The notes beneath the pieces are model-generated. The model was not told the origin of the DNA and made no database searches. It was given only the letters and a program-made list of their open reading frames with translations. The position numbers were made by a program, and so were the translations under genes. From NCBI GenBank assembly GCA_937914785.1, contig CALGIV010000079.1:1-41156 (forward strand): a stretch of DNA of 41,156 bases. The letters run 5' to 3'. Positions 20,654 through 29,029 of this stretch are shown here, piece after piece (the first letter of the stretch is position 1; the number at the start of each line of letters is the position of its first letter). Origin of the DNA: an uncultured Eubacteriaceae bacterium. GTDB taxonomy: Bacteria; Bacillota; Clostridia; Eubacteriales; UBA1433.

Positions 20654-20932
20654 CTATTTCATCTTCGTCTTTCTGTCGCCGGCATGGCCGCGGAAAGTTC
20701 GCGTTGGAGAAAACTCTCCAAGCTTATGTCCTACCATATCTTCTGTTATATATATGGGAACGTGCCTTCTGCCATCATGCACTGCGATCGTATGGCCTAC
20801 CATCTGCGGAAAGATCGTCGAGTTACGCGACCAGGTCTTCAAGACGTTTTTCTTGCCTGATTCGTTCATCTCTCCTACTCTTTTCAAAAGCTTCGCATCG
20901 ACGTACGGGCCCTTTTTCATGCTTCTGCTCAT
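20654..20932 (-). CDS. rpsS: 30S ribosomal protein S19
   Basis: KTWSR.STI.P...[13 protein letters not shown]. Confidence 0.99.
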   Translation of the reverse strand: MSRSMKKGPYVDAKLLKRVGEMNESGKKNVLKTWSRNSTIFPQMVGHTIAVHDGRRHVPIYITEDMVGHKLGEFSPTRTFRGHAGDRKTKMK

Positions 20933-20955
20933 ATTTTATCTCCTCTGCTCCCTTC

Positions 20956-21789
20956 CTACTTCTTGTGCCTTCTTCTGACGATATACTTATCCGAGGGTTT
21001 GTTTTTCTTCCTCGTCTTATACCCCAGCGTCGGTTTACCCCAGGGAGTGACAGGCGCCGGACGCCCAATCGGTGATTTGCCTTCCCCACCGCCGTGCGGA
21101 TGATCCACTGGGTTCATTACGACCCCGCGCACCCCGGGACGAATGCCCATATGCCTGCTTCTGCCGGCTTTACCGATTCTGATATTTTCAACATCCAGGT
21201 TCCCTACCTGACCGATCGTCGCGCGGCATTCTTTGCGTACGAGGCGAACTTCTCCGCTCGGCAGGCGCAACGTCGCATATTGGCCTTCTTTCGCCATTAA
21301 CTGCGCAAACGTTCCTGCTGAGCGCACCATCTGCGCACCTTTTCCGCTCTTCATCTCGACGTTGTGCACGACTGTACCGACCGGAATATTTTCCAGCGGC
21401 AGCGCATTGCCTACTTTGATGTCGGCATTTACGCCCGATTCCACCTTGTCGCCCACTTTCAATCCGTTCGGCGCCAGGATGTATCTTTTCTCACCATCCG
21501 CATAAAACAACAATGCGATGTTGGCGCTTCGGTTCGGGTCGTATTCAATCGCCTTTACCGTTGCCGGAATCCCGTCTTTATTTCTTTTAAAATCAATGAT
21601 CCTGTATTTTCTTTTTTCGCCGCCGCCCTGATGTCTTACCGTAATACGGCCATATACGTTTCGACCGCCTTTTTTGCTCAGACTTGTCGTCAGCGCTTTT
21701 TCCGGCGTCGTCTTCGTGATCTCTTCAAACGTAGACACTGTCATATTTCTTCTGCCCGGCGAGGTCGGCTTATATTTTTTAACACCCAT
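20956..21789 (-). CDS. rplB: 50S ribosomal protein L2
   Basis: [13 protein letters not shown]...[13 protein letters not shown]. Confidence 0.99.
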   Translation of the reverse strand: MGVKKYKPTSPGRRNMTVSTFEEITKTTPEKALTTSLSKKGGRNVYGRITVRHQGGGEKRKYRIIDFKRNKDGIPATVKAIEYDPNRSANIALLFYADGEKRYILAPNGLKVGDKVESGVNADIKVGNALPLENIPVGTVVHNVEMKSGKGAQMVRSAGTFAQLMAKEGQYATLRLPSGEVRLVRKECRATIGQVGNLDVENIRIGKAGRSRHMGIRPGVRGVVMNPVDHPHGGGEGKSPIGRPAPVTPWGKPTLGYKTRKKNKPSDKYIVRRRHKK

Positions 21790-21820
21790 CGTCTTCTACC
21801 TCCATTTATCCTGCACAACC

Positions 21821-22108
21821 CTACATGTTTTCAAAGAGCTTGATTTCTTTGCTGTCCGGCTTCAGTTTTACGATGGCCTTTTTCCAGCTTGCTCTTCTGC
21901 CTTGCGTACGGCCCAGTCTTTTGAGTTTCCCCTGCATATTCATCACGCTCACCTTGTCTACCTTCACATCAAAGATCGCCTCAACAGCATCTTTGATCTG
22001 ATACTTGTTCGCGTTTTTGTCTACTTTAAACGTGTACTTCTTTTCTTCAGACTGTTCCATCGTTCTTTCCGTAATAAGCGGTTTAATAACAATATCGTGA
22101 GGATTCAT
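21821..22108 (-). CDS. rplW: 50S ribosomal protein L23
   Basis: PLITER...YTFKVDKNANK...WKKAIVKL. Start at ATG 22108 (TAATG overlap with rplD). Confidence 0.98.
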   Translation of the reverse strand: MNPHDIVIKPLITERTMEQSEEKKYTFKVDKNANKYQIKDAVEAIFDVKVDKVSVMNMQGKLKRLGRTQGRRASWKKAIVKLKPDSKEIKLFENM

Positions 22109-22728
22109 TAACAATACACCTCCTCAATTTCCTTCAACGAATCTTTCGTCAGAATTAAATAATCATATTTTAACATATCGTATGTGTTCAGCGTATTCAC
22201 CAGAGAAGTGGCCACTTTGGGGATATTGTTCGCAGACTTGACCACATTTGTATCCTTCTCGTCCAACACGATCAACGCTTTCGGCGCATTCAACGCTTTC
22301 AGCGCTGCGACCATCTCCTTCGTCTTCGGCTCCGTAAAATCAAATTTGTCGACAACAATCAGTTCCTTGTCGTTATATTTTGCGGAAAACACACTCTTCA
22401 TTGCAAGTCTTCTCATCTTCTTGTTCACACTTTGAGAATAGTCCCTCGGCTTTGGCGCAAAGATCACGCCACCGCCTGTAAACAACGGATTGCGCAGCGA
22501 ACCGGTGCGCGCACGTCCCGTCCCCTTTTGCCTCCAGGGTTTTCTGCCGCCACCGCGCACTTCACTTCTCGTTTTGGTCGATTGCGTTCCCTGACGCTTG
22601 TTCGCCAGCTGCGCGACAACAACCTGATGCACAACGGCTTCATTGGGCTCAATGCCAAATATATCGTCTTTTAACGAGACTTCCTCAACTTTTTCACCTT
22701 TAATATTCAATACATCTATTTTAGGCAT
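22108..22728 (-). CDS. rplD: 50S ribosomal protein L4
   Basis: RQGTQSTKTRSEVRGGGRKPWRQKGTGRAR. Confidence 0.99.
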   Translation of the reverse strand: MPKIDVLNIKGEKVEEVSLKDDIFGIEPNEAVVHQVVVAQLANKRQGTQSTKTRSEVRGGGRKPWRQKGTGRARTGSLRNPLFTGGGVIFAPKPRDYSQSVNKKMRRLAMKSVFSAKYNDKELIVVDKFDFTEPKTKEMVAALKALNAPKALIVLDEKDTNVVKSANNIPKVATSLVNTLNTYDMLKYDYLILTKDSLKEIEEVYC

Positions 22729-22767
22729 TTGTTATTCTCCTTCCTGTCTGCTCTTTCAATGCAGCGC

Positions 22768-23391
22768 TTACTTCACAGTCTGTCTGATCATTACCACGCT
22801 GCCGCGGCTTCCCGGAACTGCACCCTTTACGAGCATTACATTCATCTCTTCATCCACTCTGATAACTTCAAGATTCTGCACTGTCGAGCGCACGTTACCC
22901 ATTTGTCCCGGAAGTTTTTTACCTTTGCGCACCCTCGCCGGCGTCGCAGCCGCGCTCATCGCACCGGCACCGCGATGATATTTGGAACCGTGCGACATCG
23001 GGCCGCGGCCAAAGCCATGCCGTTTGATCGCACCCTGAAAGCCCTTTCCCTTGCTCGTGCCGGTAATATCGACTTTATCTCCAGTCTCAAAGATGCCGAC
23101 TTTCACTTCGTCACCGAGGTTATATTCCGACGCATCTTCAAATTTCGCTTCCTTGATAATCCTCTTCGGCTCTACGCCCGCTTTGTCATAATGACCTTTC
23201 TGCGGCTTGTTTACATTCTTTTTCTTGTCTTCATAAGCCAGCTGTACCGCTTCATACCCATCGTTTTCAACCGTTTTAACTTGAACGACAGAACACGGTC
23301 CGGCTTTTATTACGGTAACGGGCACCATCGTGCCGTCTTCATTAAATACCTGGGTCATCCCCAATTTGGTTCCGATAATTGCCTTTTTCAT
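22768..23391 (-). CDS. rplC: 50S ribosomal protein L3
   Basis: KLGMTQVF...SKGKGFQG...HGSKYHR. Start re-called to ATG 23391 after AGGAGG. Confidence 0.99.
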   Translation of the reverse strand: MKKAIIGTKLGMTQVFNEDGTMVPVTVIKAGPCSVVQVKTVENDGYEAVQLAYEDKKKNVNKPQKGHYDKAGVEPKRIIKEAKFEDASEYNLGDEVKVGIFETGDKVDITGTSKGKGFQGAIKRHGFGRGPMSHGSKYHRGAGAMSAAATPARVRKGKKLPGQMGNVRSTVQNLEVIRVDEEMNVMLVKGAVPGSRGSVVMIRQTVK

Positions 23392-23439
23392 TCTTTTCTT
23401 TTCCTCCTGCTTAGCGGATTGCCCATCCGGCAATCATAA

Positions 23440-23748
23440 TTACAGTTTGACTTCAATGTCTACGCCTGCCGGCAAATCCAGTTTCATCAACGCGTCAACT
23501 GTCTTTTGCGTCGGATTCAAAATATCGATCAGACGCTTGTGCGTCCTTACTTCGAATTGCTCTCTGGAATCTTTATACTTGTGCACCGCGCGCAAAATCG
23601 TAACTACTTCGCGTTCTGTCGGTAGCGGGATCGGCCCCGATACTTCTGCATTCGTTCTCTTTGCCGTCTCAACGATCTTCTTTGCCGATTGATCGATGAG
23701 CATGTGGTCGTAGGCTTTCAGCCTGATTCTGATTTTCTGTGCTGCCAT
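23440..23748 (-). CDS. rpsJ: 30S ribosomal protein S10
   Basis: [10 protein letters not shown]...GPIPLPT...[16 protein letters not shown]. Confidence 0.99.
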   Translation of the reverse strand: MAAQKIRIRLKAYDHMLIDQSAKKIVETAKRTNAEVSGPIPLPTEREVVTILRAVHKYKDSREQFEVRTHKRLIDILNPTQKTVDALMKLDLPAGVDIEVKL

Positions 23749-23940
23749 TCTTTTTCCTCCTAAAAAACCATTTTCGTTTTTCGGAGCGACTCACCTGTAC
23801 GCACCCGGGTGTTCACCGGCGTTTTTTTTATAAACTCTCTCGTACAGATATTTCGTTCGCCCGATTCCTTTTGCGGACATACTCCGCGGAAACTACCCAC
23901 CGAAGTGGCAACCTTCCGCATCTTCGCATAAATTCACAGC
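23749..23940 (-). ncRNA. S10 operon 5' leader RNA (Firmicute/Clostridia type)
   Basis: About 190-nt structured UTR: GCGGAAGGTTGCC-ACTTCGGT-GGGTAGTTTCCGC stem, then GGAGTATGTCCG, plus CTGTACG/CGTACAG pairing. Resembles leaders conserved upstream of rpsJ in Firmicutes. Confidence 0.7.
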
Positions 23941-23946
23941 TTATAA

Positions 23947-23975
23947 AGCATATAACACTTTTTTTTAAATTGCAA
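23947..23975 (-). promoter_or_regulatory. Sigma-A promoter for the S10 operon
   Basis: TTGCAA-N17-TATGCT with a long A-rich UP-like region upstream. Confidence 0.7.
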
Positions 23976-24211
23976 GTTTTTTTTCATTTTTTTTCAAAAT
24001 TTTTATTGAATGTGGCATAAAGTGAATTTACTTAAACCACTTCAACGTGAAATCAAAGAAGAAGTATATCACACACCCTCTTTCGGGACATCTGAAACAA
24101 TTTGCCGAAACCCGCATAATAACTTTCACAGCATCCCGCAAACCTGTGCTATCTCCAACAGAACGCTTCTTTTTCTTGACATCCTTTCAAAACATTGCTA
24201 TATCATCAAAA

Positions 24212-25450
24212 TTATTGGTTGGATAAATGCTGCACAAGCTTTGCCCAAACTTGCCCCGTCGCAACAAAATCACTGTAATGCCTGCGAACATTTCGATGAT
24301 AATACTCCAGCTCATCCAAGACTTTCATAAAATCAGGATTATCAAAATACGCACACATCTTAGGTAAAGAAACAGAAAGCTGATTGCGCATTTCGGATAT
24401 TTTAACATCGTATCGGTCGGGGTCTACGATATATAACAGCAATGGTTTATAACGAATCCAACCGATACATGCTTTGTAAAAGCGGGTTATGACAGCATCG
24501 GAATCGGCTTTTATTTTTTGTAAAGATATTGGCAAAACGCCGTTCATCAATGGGACGTAAAGAGAAAACGCATCATGAAATGTATAACAGGGCACGCGCA
24601 ACACTTTATTATCGCTCAGACAAGTGCTAAGAAAAGTATCTTCACCACGTGCTTTGGGCGGGTTATAAAATGGATGCACACGGGCGGGATTCGTTAAATT
24701 GATACATAAGTTTGAACCTGAAATGAATTTAGCACCATTTACTTCTTCAACTTCCTCAACCGCGTCTGTGATTAAAACACTTTTATCAGCATAGGTAACC
24801 CCACCATTTTCCATCACGGATTTAATCTTGTCCCAATTGATAATATCATTGCTGATTGCTTCAATAAATAATCGAAAGTCATTTTCAGTTAAAATGTCGT
24901 TAAACGAAATTTGAGGTATAGGAGATATGTATCCGCAGTGATGTCCATTCGTAATATCGGCATTACCAATATGCTCAAGATGCGTGCTTAATATATGTTG
25001 TCCGCCCCAAAGAACTGTTTTCCGAGAATTGGTAACTGCCATCGGGTATTCGTCATCATCAAGAAAAAGCAGATAATCTACGTTGTTTTTCAAAGCAAAA
25101 TACAGTATTGCATTCCTCTTGCCTGCATAACCTCTGGTGAAAAAAAGATTCGCTTCATTTTTATTAAGAACGCCGGCAGAAAGCAGCTCCTCTATTTCTC
25201 GTCGTATAGACCCGGCCCCGATAAAACAAGTATCATCTATGAGGTCTGTCAACCTTTCACTCACATTTATGTAATCGGATGTTTTTGTATTGGAATATTT
25301 CAGATCATAGGCAATAAACAAATTCAACGTGATGTTCTCTTTATCGGTTAAACCACTTTCCCGCCAATTGTAAATGTTTGTTTTTAAAACTGTTTGAAAA
25401 CTTTTCCGCCCTGTCGCAAATCCAATGCCCAGCTTAACATTCTTCTTCAT
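24212..25450 (-). CDS. Hypothetical protein, probable GT-A fold (glycosyltransferase family 2-like)
   Basis: GYAGKRN followed by YLLFLDDDEYP (DxD) and later GSNL and RGEDTF; GGAG RBS; visibly more AT-rich than its neighbours. Confidence 0.6.
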   Translation of the reverse strand: MKKNVKLGIGFATGRKSFQTVLKTNIYNWRESGLTDKENITLNLFIAYDLKYSNTKTSDYINVSERLTDLIDDTCFIGAGSIRREIEELLSAGVLNKNEANLFFTRGYAGKRNAILYFALKNNVDYLLFLDDDEYPMAVTNSRKTVLWGGQHILSTHLEHIGNADITNGHHCGYISPIPQISFNDILTENDFRLFIEAISNDIINWDKIKSVMENGGVTYADKSVLITDAVEEVEEVNGAKFISGSNLCINLTNPARVHPFYNPPKARGEDTFLSTCLSDNKVLRVPCYTFHDAFSLYVPLMNGVLPISLQKIKADSDAVITRFYKACIGWIRYKPLLLYIVDPDRYDVKISEMRNQLSVSLPKMCAYFDNPDFMKVLDELEYYHRNVRRHYSDFVATGQVWAKLVQHLSNQ

Positions 25451-25512
25451 TTGCGTCTCCTTTTTTATTTTGAGTATAGTATTATTTTGTCGAATACAAT
25501 ATATTATAACAC

Positions 25513-25543
25513 AAAAGGCAGTTGCCCTGTTTGCAACTGCCTT
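25513..25543 (-). terminator. Terminator after the heavy-metal ATPase
   Basis: Minus strand AAGGCAGTTGC-loop-GCAACTGCCTTTT. Confidence 0.7.
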
Positions 25544-25603
25544 GACAGGCTGAATAAAACCTGTTTTATATCTACCTTAAAACTATCTTCTAATACAAAT
25601 ATT

Positions 25604-27700
25604 TCAAAATTCATTTTTACAGTTTATGGAAAATTTTTCTACCCTGTAATCCTGCGTGCCCGTACGGCATTCAGCGAAGCAATCAGCGATACCGACATCG
25701 GCGAAAATAGCAGTCAGCATACCCGTCACACCAAACAGCGTCAGAACCATAATGGCGAACTTGATCCCAAGCACAAAGATGATATTTTCCGTGGCGACGC
25801 GGTGCGTCTTCTTCGCCCCCTTCACAGCGGTGACAAGGGCGCTCAAGTCATCCTTTAAGATGACGCAGTCGGCGGATTCAATAGCCGCGTCAACCCCTTT
25901 TTCACCCATCGCAATACCGACGTCGGCCAGAGCCAAAACAGGTGCATCGTTCATACCGTCGCCGACATAAAGAGTATTTTTCTTACTACCAGCCATAATT
26001 TCTTCCAACCGCGCAGTCTTATCCTGCGGCAGCAGTCCGGCATAATATTGGTCGATACCGGCTTCTTCGGCAACTGCGGCCGCCGTTTGAACATTATCAC
26101 CCGTGAGCATAATCGTCTTTTGGATGCCCAGCTTCCTTAGCGCCGCAATGGCCTCCGGCGTCGTCGGGCGAATGCTGTCGCGAATAAGAATCCGGCCGAA
26201 AAAGACGCCGCCAACCGCTGTGTAAACGACCGTACCCACAGCATCCGATACCGGGCAGTCGATACTGTAATGTTGCATCAGTTTGTAGTTGCCCGCTAAG
26301 ATTTCCGTGCCGTTGCTGATGCAGCGAATGCCCAGGCCGGCAAGTTCGCTGTACTCGTCAATCGGTTCCTGTTCCGCATCATACAAGCTTGCGATATGCT
26401 TCGCGATCGGATGATGAGAGTTTTGCTCTGCAATGGCCGTATAGCGAATCAGCGCGTCGGCTTCAATGCCGTCGGCGGGCAGGATGTCGGCGACTTCGAA
26501 ATTGCCTTTTGTCAAAGTACCGGTTTTATCAAACACGGCTGTGTCCACATTCGCCAGCGTATCCAAATAATTGCCGCCTTTGATAAGAATGCCGTTTTTC
26601 GCGCTGCCGCCGATTCCGCTGATATAAGTGATTGGAATCGAGATGACGAGCGCACAGGGGCACGATACCAGCAGGAAGGACAACGCTTTGTAAATCCAAT
26701 CCACAAATGCACCGAGTCCAAACAACGGCGGGACGACGGCGACGAGCACAGCGATTAAGACGACAATAGGCGTGTAGACGCGCGCAAATTTGGTGATGAA
26801 GTTTTCGCTTTTTGCTTTCTTTTCGTTGGCATGCTGAATCAAATCGAGAATTTTCGCCACAGCGGACTGGCTGTAAGGGCGCGTCACTTCGACTTCAAGC
26901 AGCCCCATTTGATTGATACAGCCGGACAGCAGTTCCATACCGACCTCAACGCCGACCGGCTCACTCTCCCCGGTCAGAGCGGAAGTATCGATAAACGAAT
27001 GTCCTTTGACGACGACGCCGTCCAACGGAATGCGCTCGCCGGGGTTCACCATAATAATATTACCGACTTCAACGCTGCCGGGGCTTACCCGACTGACGCT
27101 GTCGCCTGTTTTCAAGTTGGCATATTCAGGCCGGATATCCATCAGCTCCTCAACGCGGCGCAGCGATTTATCGGTCGCAGAATCCTGCAGCGTTTCGCCG
27201 AGGTTAAATAAGAACATAACGAGTGCGGCTTCCATAAACTCGCCAAGGAAGAACGCGCCGATCGTCGCAATCGACATCAGAAAGTTCTCATCAAAAACCT
27301 TTCCTTTGATCAGGTTTTTCGCAGCGGCACGCAGTGTTGGAAACCCGTTGATTAAAAACGCACCGATATACAAAATATTTTTAGCCAGCCTTGGAATCGG
27401 CAGCAGAATGCCGCCGAGAATCAGCGCGAGAGAAATACCAAAAATCAGATATTTTGTCTTTGGAGATGTGGTGCGGGCATGCGTATGCTCGCCGCCGCAA
27501 TCACAGTTTACCTCAAACGTCAATTTGTCGACAGGTTCAGATATATGATGTTCAGAATTACAGCCGCAGGCAGGCGCCGTATCCTGCGCTGAATGTTGAT
27601 GATTCTCTCCATCGCAACCACAGTCGCTATGTTGTATTTCAGCTCGCTTGCTGGTGCATACGGCACACGAACAAGTAGAACTGTAAAGATGTGCTGACAT
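25604..27700 (-). CDS. cadA: Heavy-metal P1B-2 ATPase (Zn/Cd/Pb exporter, CadA/ZntA type), C-terminus frameshifted
   Basis: TGES, SCPCAL, DKTGTLT, SHHP, TGDN, GDGMNDAP; Lys in GIKF and Asp in FADVG. The natural C-terminus lies in another frame, ending at TAG 25639. Confidence 0.9.
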   Translation of the reverse strand: MSAHLYSSTCSCAVCTSKRAEIQHSDCGCDGENHQHSAQDTAPACGCNSEHHISEPVDKLTFEVNCDCGGEHTHARTTSPKTKYLIFGISLALILGGILLPIPRLAKNILYIGAFLINGFPTLRAAAKNLIKGKVFDENFLMSIATIGAFFLGEFMEAALVMFLFNLGETLQDSATDKSLRRVEELMDIRPEYANLKTGDSVSRVSPGSVEVGNIIMVNPGERIPLDGVVVKGHSFIDTSALTGESEPVGVEVGMELLSGCINQMGLLEVEVTRPYSQSAVAKILDLIQHANEKKAKSENFITKFARVYTPIVVLIAVLVAVVPPLFGLGAFVDWIYKALSFLLVSCPCALVISIPITYISGIGGSAKNGILIKGGNYLDTLANVDTAVFDKTGTLTKGNFEVADILPADGIEADALIRYTAIAEQNSHHPIAKHIASLYDAEQEPIDEYSELAGLGIRCISNGTEILAGNYKLMQHYSIDCPVSDAVGTVVYTAVGGVFFGRILIRDSIRPTTPEAIAALRKLGIQKTIMLTGDNVQTAAAVAEEAGIDQYYAGLLPQDKTARLEEIMAGSKKNTLYVGDGMNDAPVLALADVGIAMGEKGVDAAIESADCVILKDDLSALVTAVKGAKKTHRVATENIIFVLGIKFAIMVLTLFGVTGMLTAIFADVGIADCFAECRTGTQDYRVEKFSINCKNEF

Positions 27701-27713
27701 AACTTCTTCCTCC

Positions 27714-27983
27714 TTATTTTATTTTCAAATACTGTTCCAACGCAATTTTAAGCTGTTTAACAGTATCTTCCTCATTGCCGTATTTAATACCGTTGACGAC
27801 ACAGTGTTCCACGTGGTGCTGCATCACGATTTTCGCCACAGACATTAGTGAACCGTTAACGGCAGAAATTTGCGTTAGAATATCGACACAGTCGCGGTCC
27901 TGTTCAATCATCTTGGCAATGCCCTTTACCTGACCTTCAATTTTGGCCAGGCGCGCGAGCAATCCTTTGCTTTCTTCAGTCAT
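27714..27983 (-). CDS. csoR: CsoR/RcnR family metal-sensing repressor
   Basis: RLAKIEGQVKGI..MIE.DRDCVDILTQI.AV...HVEHCV (C-H-C ligand set). Confidence 0.9.
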   Translation of the reverse strand: MTEESKGLLARLAKIEGQVKGIAKMIEQDRDCVDILTQISAVNGSLMSVAKIVMQHHVEHCVVNGIKYGNEEDTVKQLKIALEQYLKIK

Positions 27984-28010
27984 CTTATTTCCTCTTTCGT
28001 TTTTATACTA

Positions 28011-28029
28011 TATACCCCTATTGGGTATA
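28011..28029. promoter_or_regulatory. CsoR-type operator
   Basis: TATACCCCTATTGGGTATA: inverted repeat with C/G tracts, at the predicted transcription start. Confidence 0.85.
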
Positions 28030-28032
28030 ATC

Positions 28033-28061
28033 ATTATATGACTCTGTTTCGAAAAAGTCAA
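28033..28061 (-). promoter_or_regulatory. Sigma-A promoter for csoR-cadA
   Basis: TTGACT-N17-TATAAT. Confidence 0.85.
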
Positions 28062-28128
28062 TATTTTTTAATGAAATAACATTTTGCCCGCTATTCGTAA
28101 AAAGGAATGCGTATTTACAATTTTTTAC

Positions 28129-28157
28129 GTATAAATTTTCCACCGATGCAAAAACTG
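28129..28157 (+). promoter_or_regulatory. Possible forespore (sigma-G/F-type) promoter for spoVT
   Basis: GTATA-N17-AAAACTG; spoVT is sigma-G/F-controlled in studied spore formers. Confidence 0.4.
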
Positions 28158-28214
28158 AATGTGAAAATGATTAGCAGGCCGAAGCTATGGAAAAAAGAAC
28201 AACGGAGGAAGTAT

Positions 28215-28757
28215 ATGAAAGCTACAGGCATTGTAAGAAGAATTGACGACTTGGGGCGCGTAGTCATCCCGAAAGAAATCAGGCGCACGATGCGCATTCG
28301 CGAAGGCGAACCATTGGAAATCTTTACAGAAAAAGACGGGGAGTTGATCCTGCGCAAATATTCACCAGTTGGCGAAATCAGCGAAGTCAGTGCGGAATGC
28401 GCGGAAGCGGTTGCCCAGATCACAAAACGGACCTGCCTGATTACGGATAAAGAAAAGATTGTCGCCTACAGCGGCAATCATAAAAAAGAGTATGTCGACA
28501 AAGAGATCAGCAAAGAGGCGGAAGAAATTTTAAGCGGACGCAAGAGTCGCCTGTTCAATGTGGAAGATGTCAAAATTCCGATTACGTCTAATGATGAACG
28601 CAAACATTATTCGCAGGTGTTTTCACCAATCCTCGTCTACGGTGAAGCGATGGGAATGGTCGTCATTATGGATGACGATACGGAAGACGAGATGACGGAC
28701 ACGGAAGTGTCGATGGCCAATATGACAGCGCTGTTTTTCGGAAAGCAGATGGAATAA
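28215..28757 (+). CDS. spoVT: Stage V sporulation protein T (AbrB-type DNA-binding domain plus GAF)
   Basis: MKATGIVRRIDDLGRVVIPKEIRRTMRIREG.PLEIF...KYSP...GKQME. Start re-called to ATG 28215 after GGAGG. Confidence 0.96.
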   Translation: MKATGIVRRIDDLGRVVIPKEIRRTMRIREGEPLEIFTEKDGELILRKYSPVGEISEVSAECAEAVAQITKRTCLITDKEKIVAYSGNHKKEYVDKEISKEAEEILSGRKSRLFNVEDVKIPITSNDERKHYSQVFSPILVYGEAMGMVVIMDDDTEDEMTDTEVSMANMTALFFGKQME

Positions 28758-28797
28758 GAAAACCGTGTCGTTTCATAAACCTGATAAAATGTACTTT

Positions 28798-28827
28798 AAC
28801 GGCATAGCTTTAGCTATGCCGTTTTTT
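28798..28827 (+). terminator. Terminator after spoVT
   Basis: Perfect inverted repeat AACGGCATAGCT-TT-AGCTATGCCGTT followed by a T tract. Confidence 0.85.
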
Positions 28828-28972
28828 ATGTGTTCATTTATAGTATACTTTATAGGTAAGCTTTGAATGCGAGATTTTAAGGTCATCATCATAATTGTTA
28901 TGTTATCGATTTGATAATTGGCTTTGAAAGTCGTTTGTTCCTTATTTTCTTTGCGCTTTTTCTGCAACAGTC

Positions 28973-29001
28973 AAACAGACCGTTTAAAACTCGGCCTGTT
29001 T
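28973..29001 (-). terminator. Probable terminator after the hydrolase
   Basis: Minus strand AAACAGGCCG-loop-CGGTCTGTTT. Confidence 0.55.
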
Positions 29002-29029
29002 ACTTTAAAAACACTTGGTTGTTTTTCAT

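Noticed and set aside
24010..24330. Plus-strand 106-aa ORF upstream of the S10 promoter
   Set aside because: No RBS, overlaps the GT-like gene, and has no coding-like composition.
24210..28080. GT-like/cadA/csoR block as a mobile element
   Set aside because: I found no integrase, transposase, terminal repeats or target-site duplication by eye.
28773..28967. 64-aa minus-strand ORF between spoVT and the hydrolase
   Set aside because: TTG start without an RBS, and it runs through the spoVT terminator hairpin.
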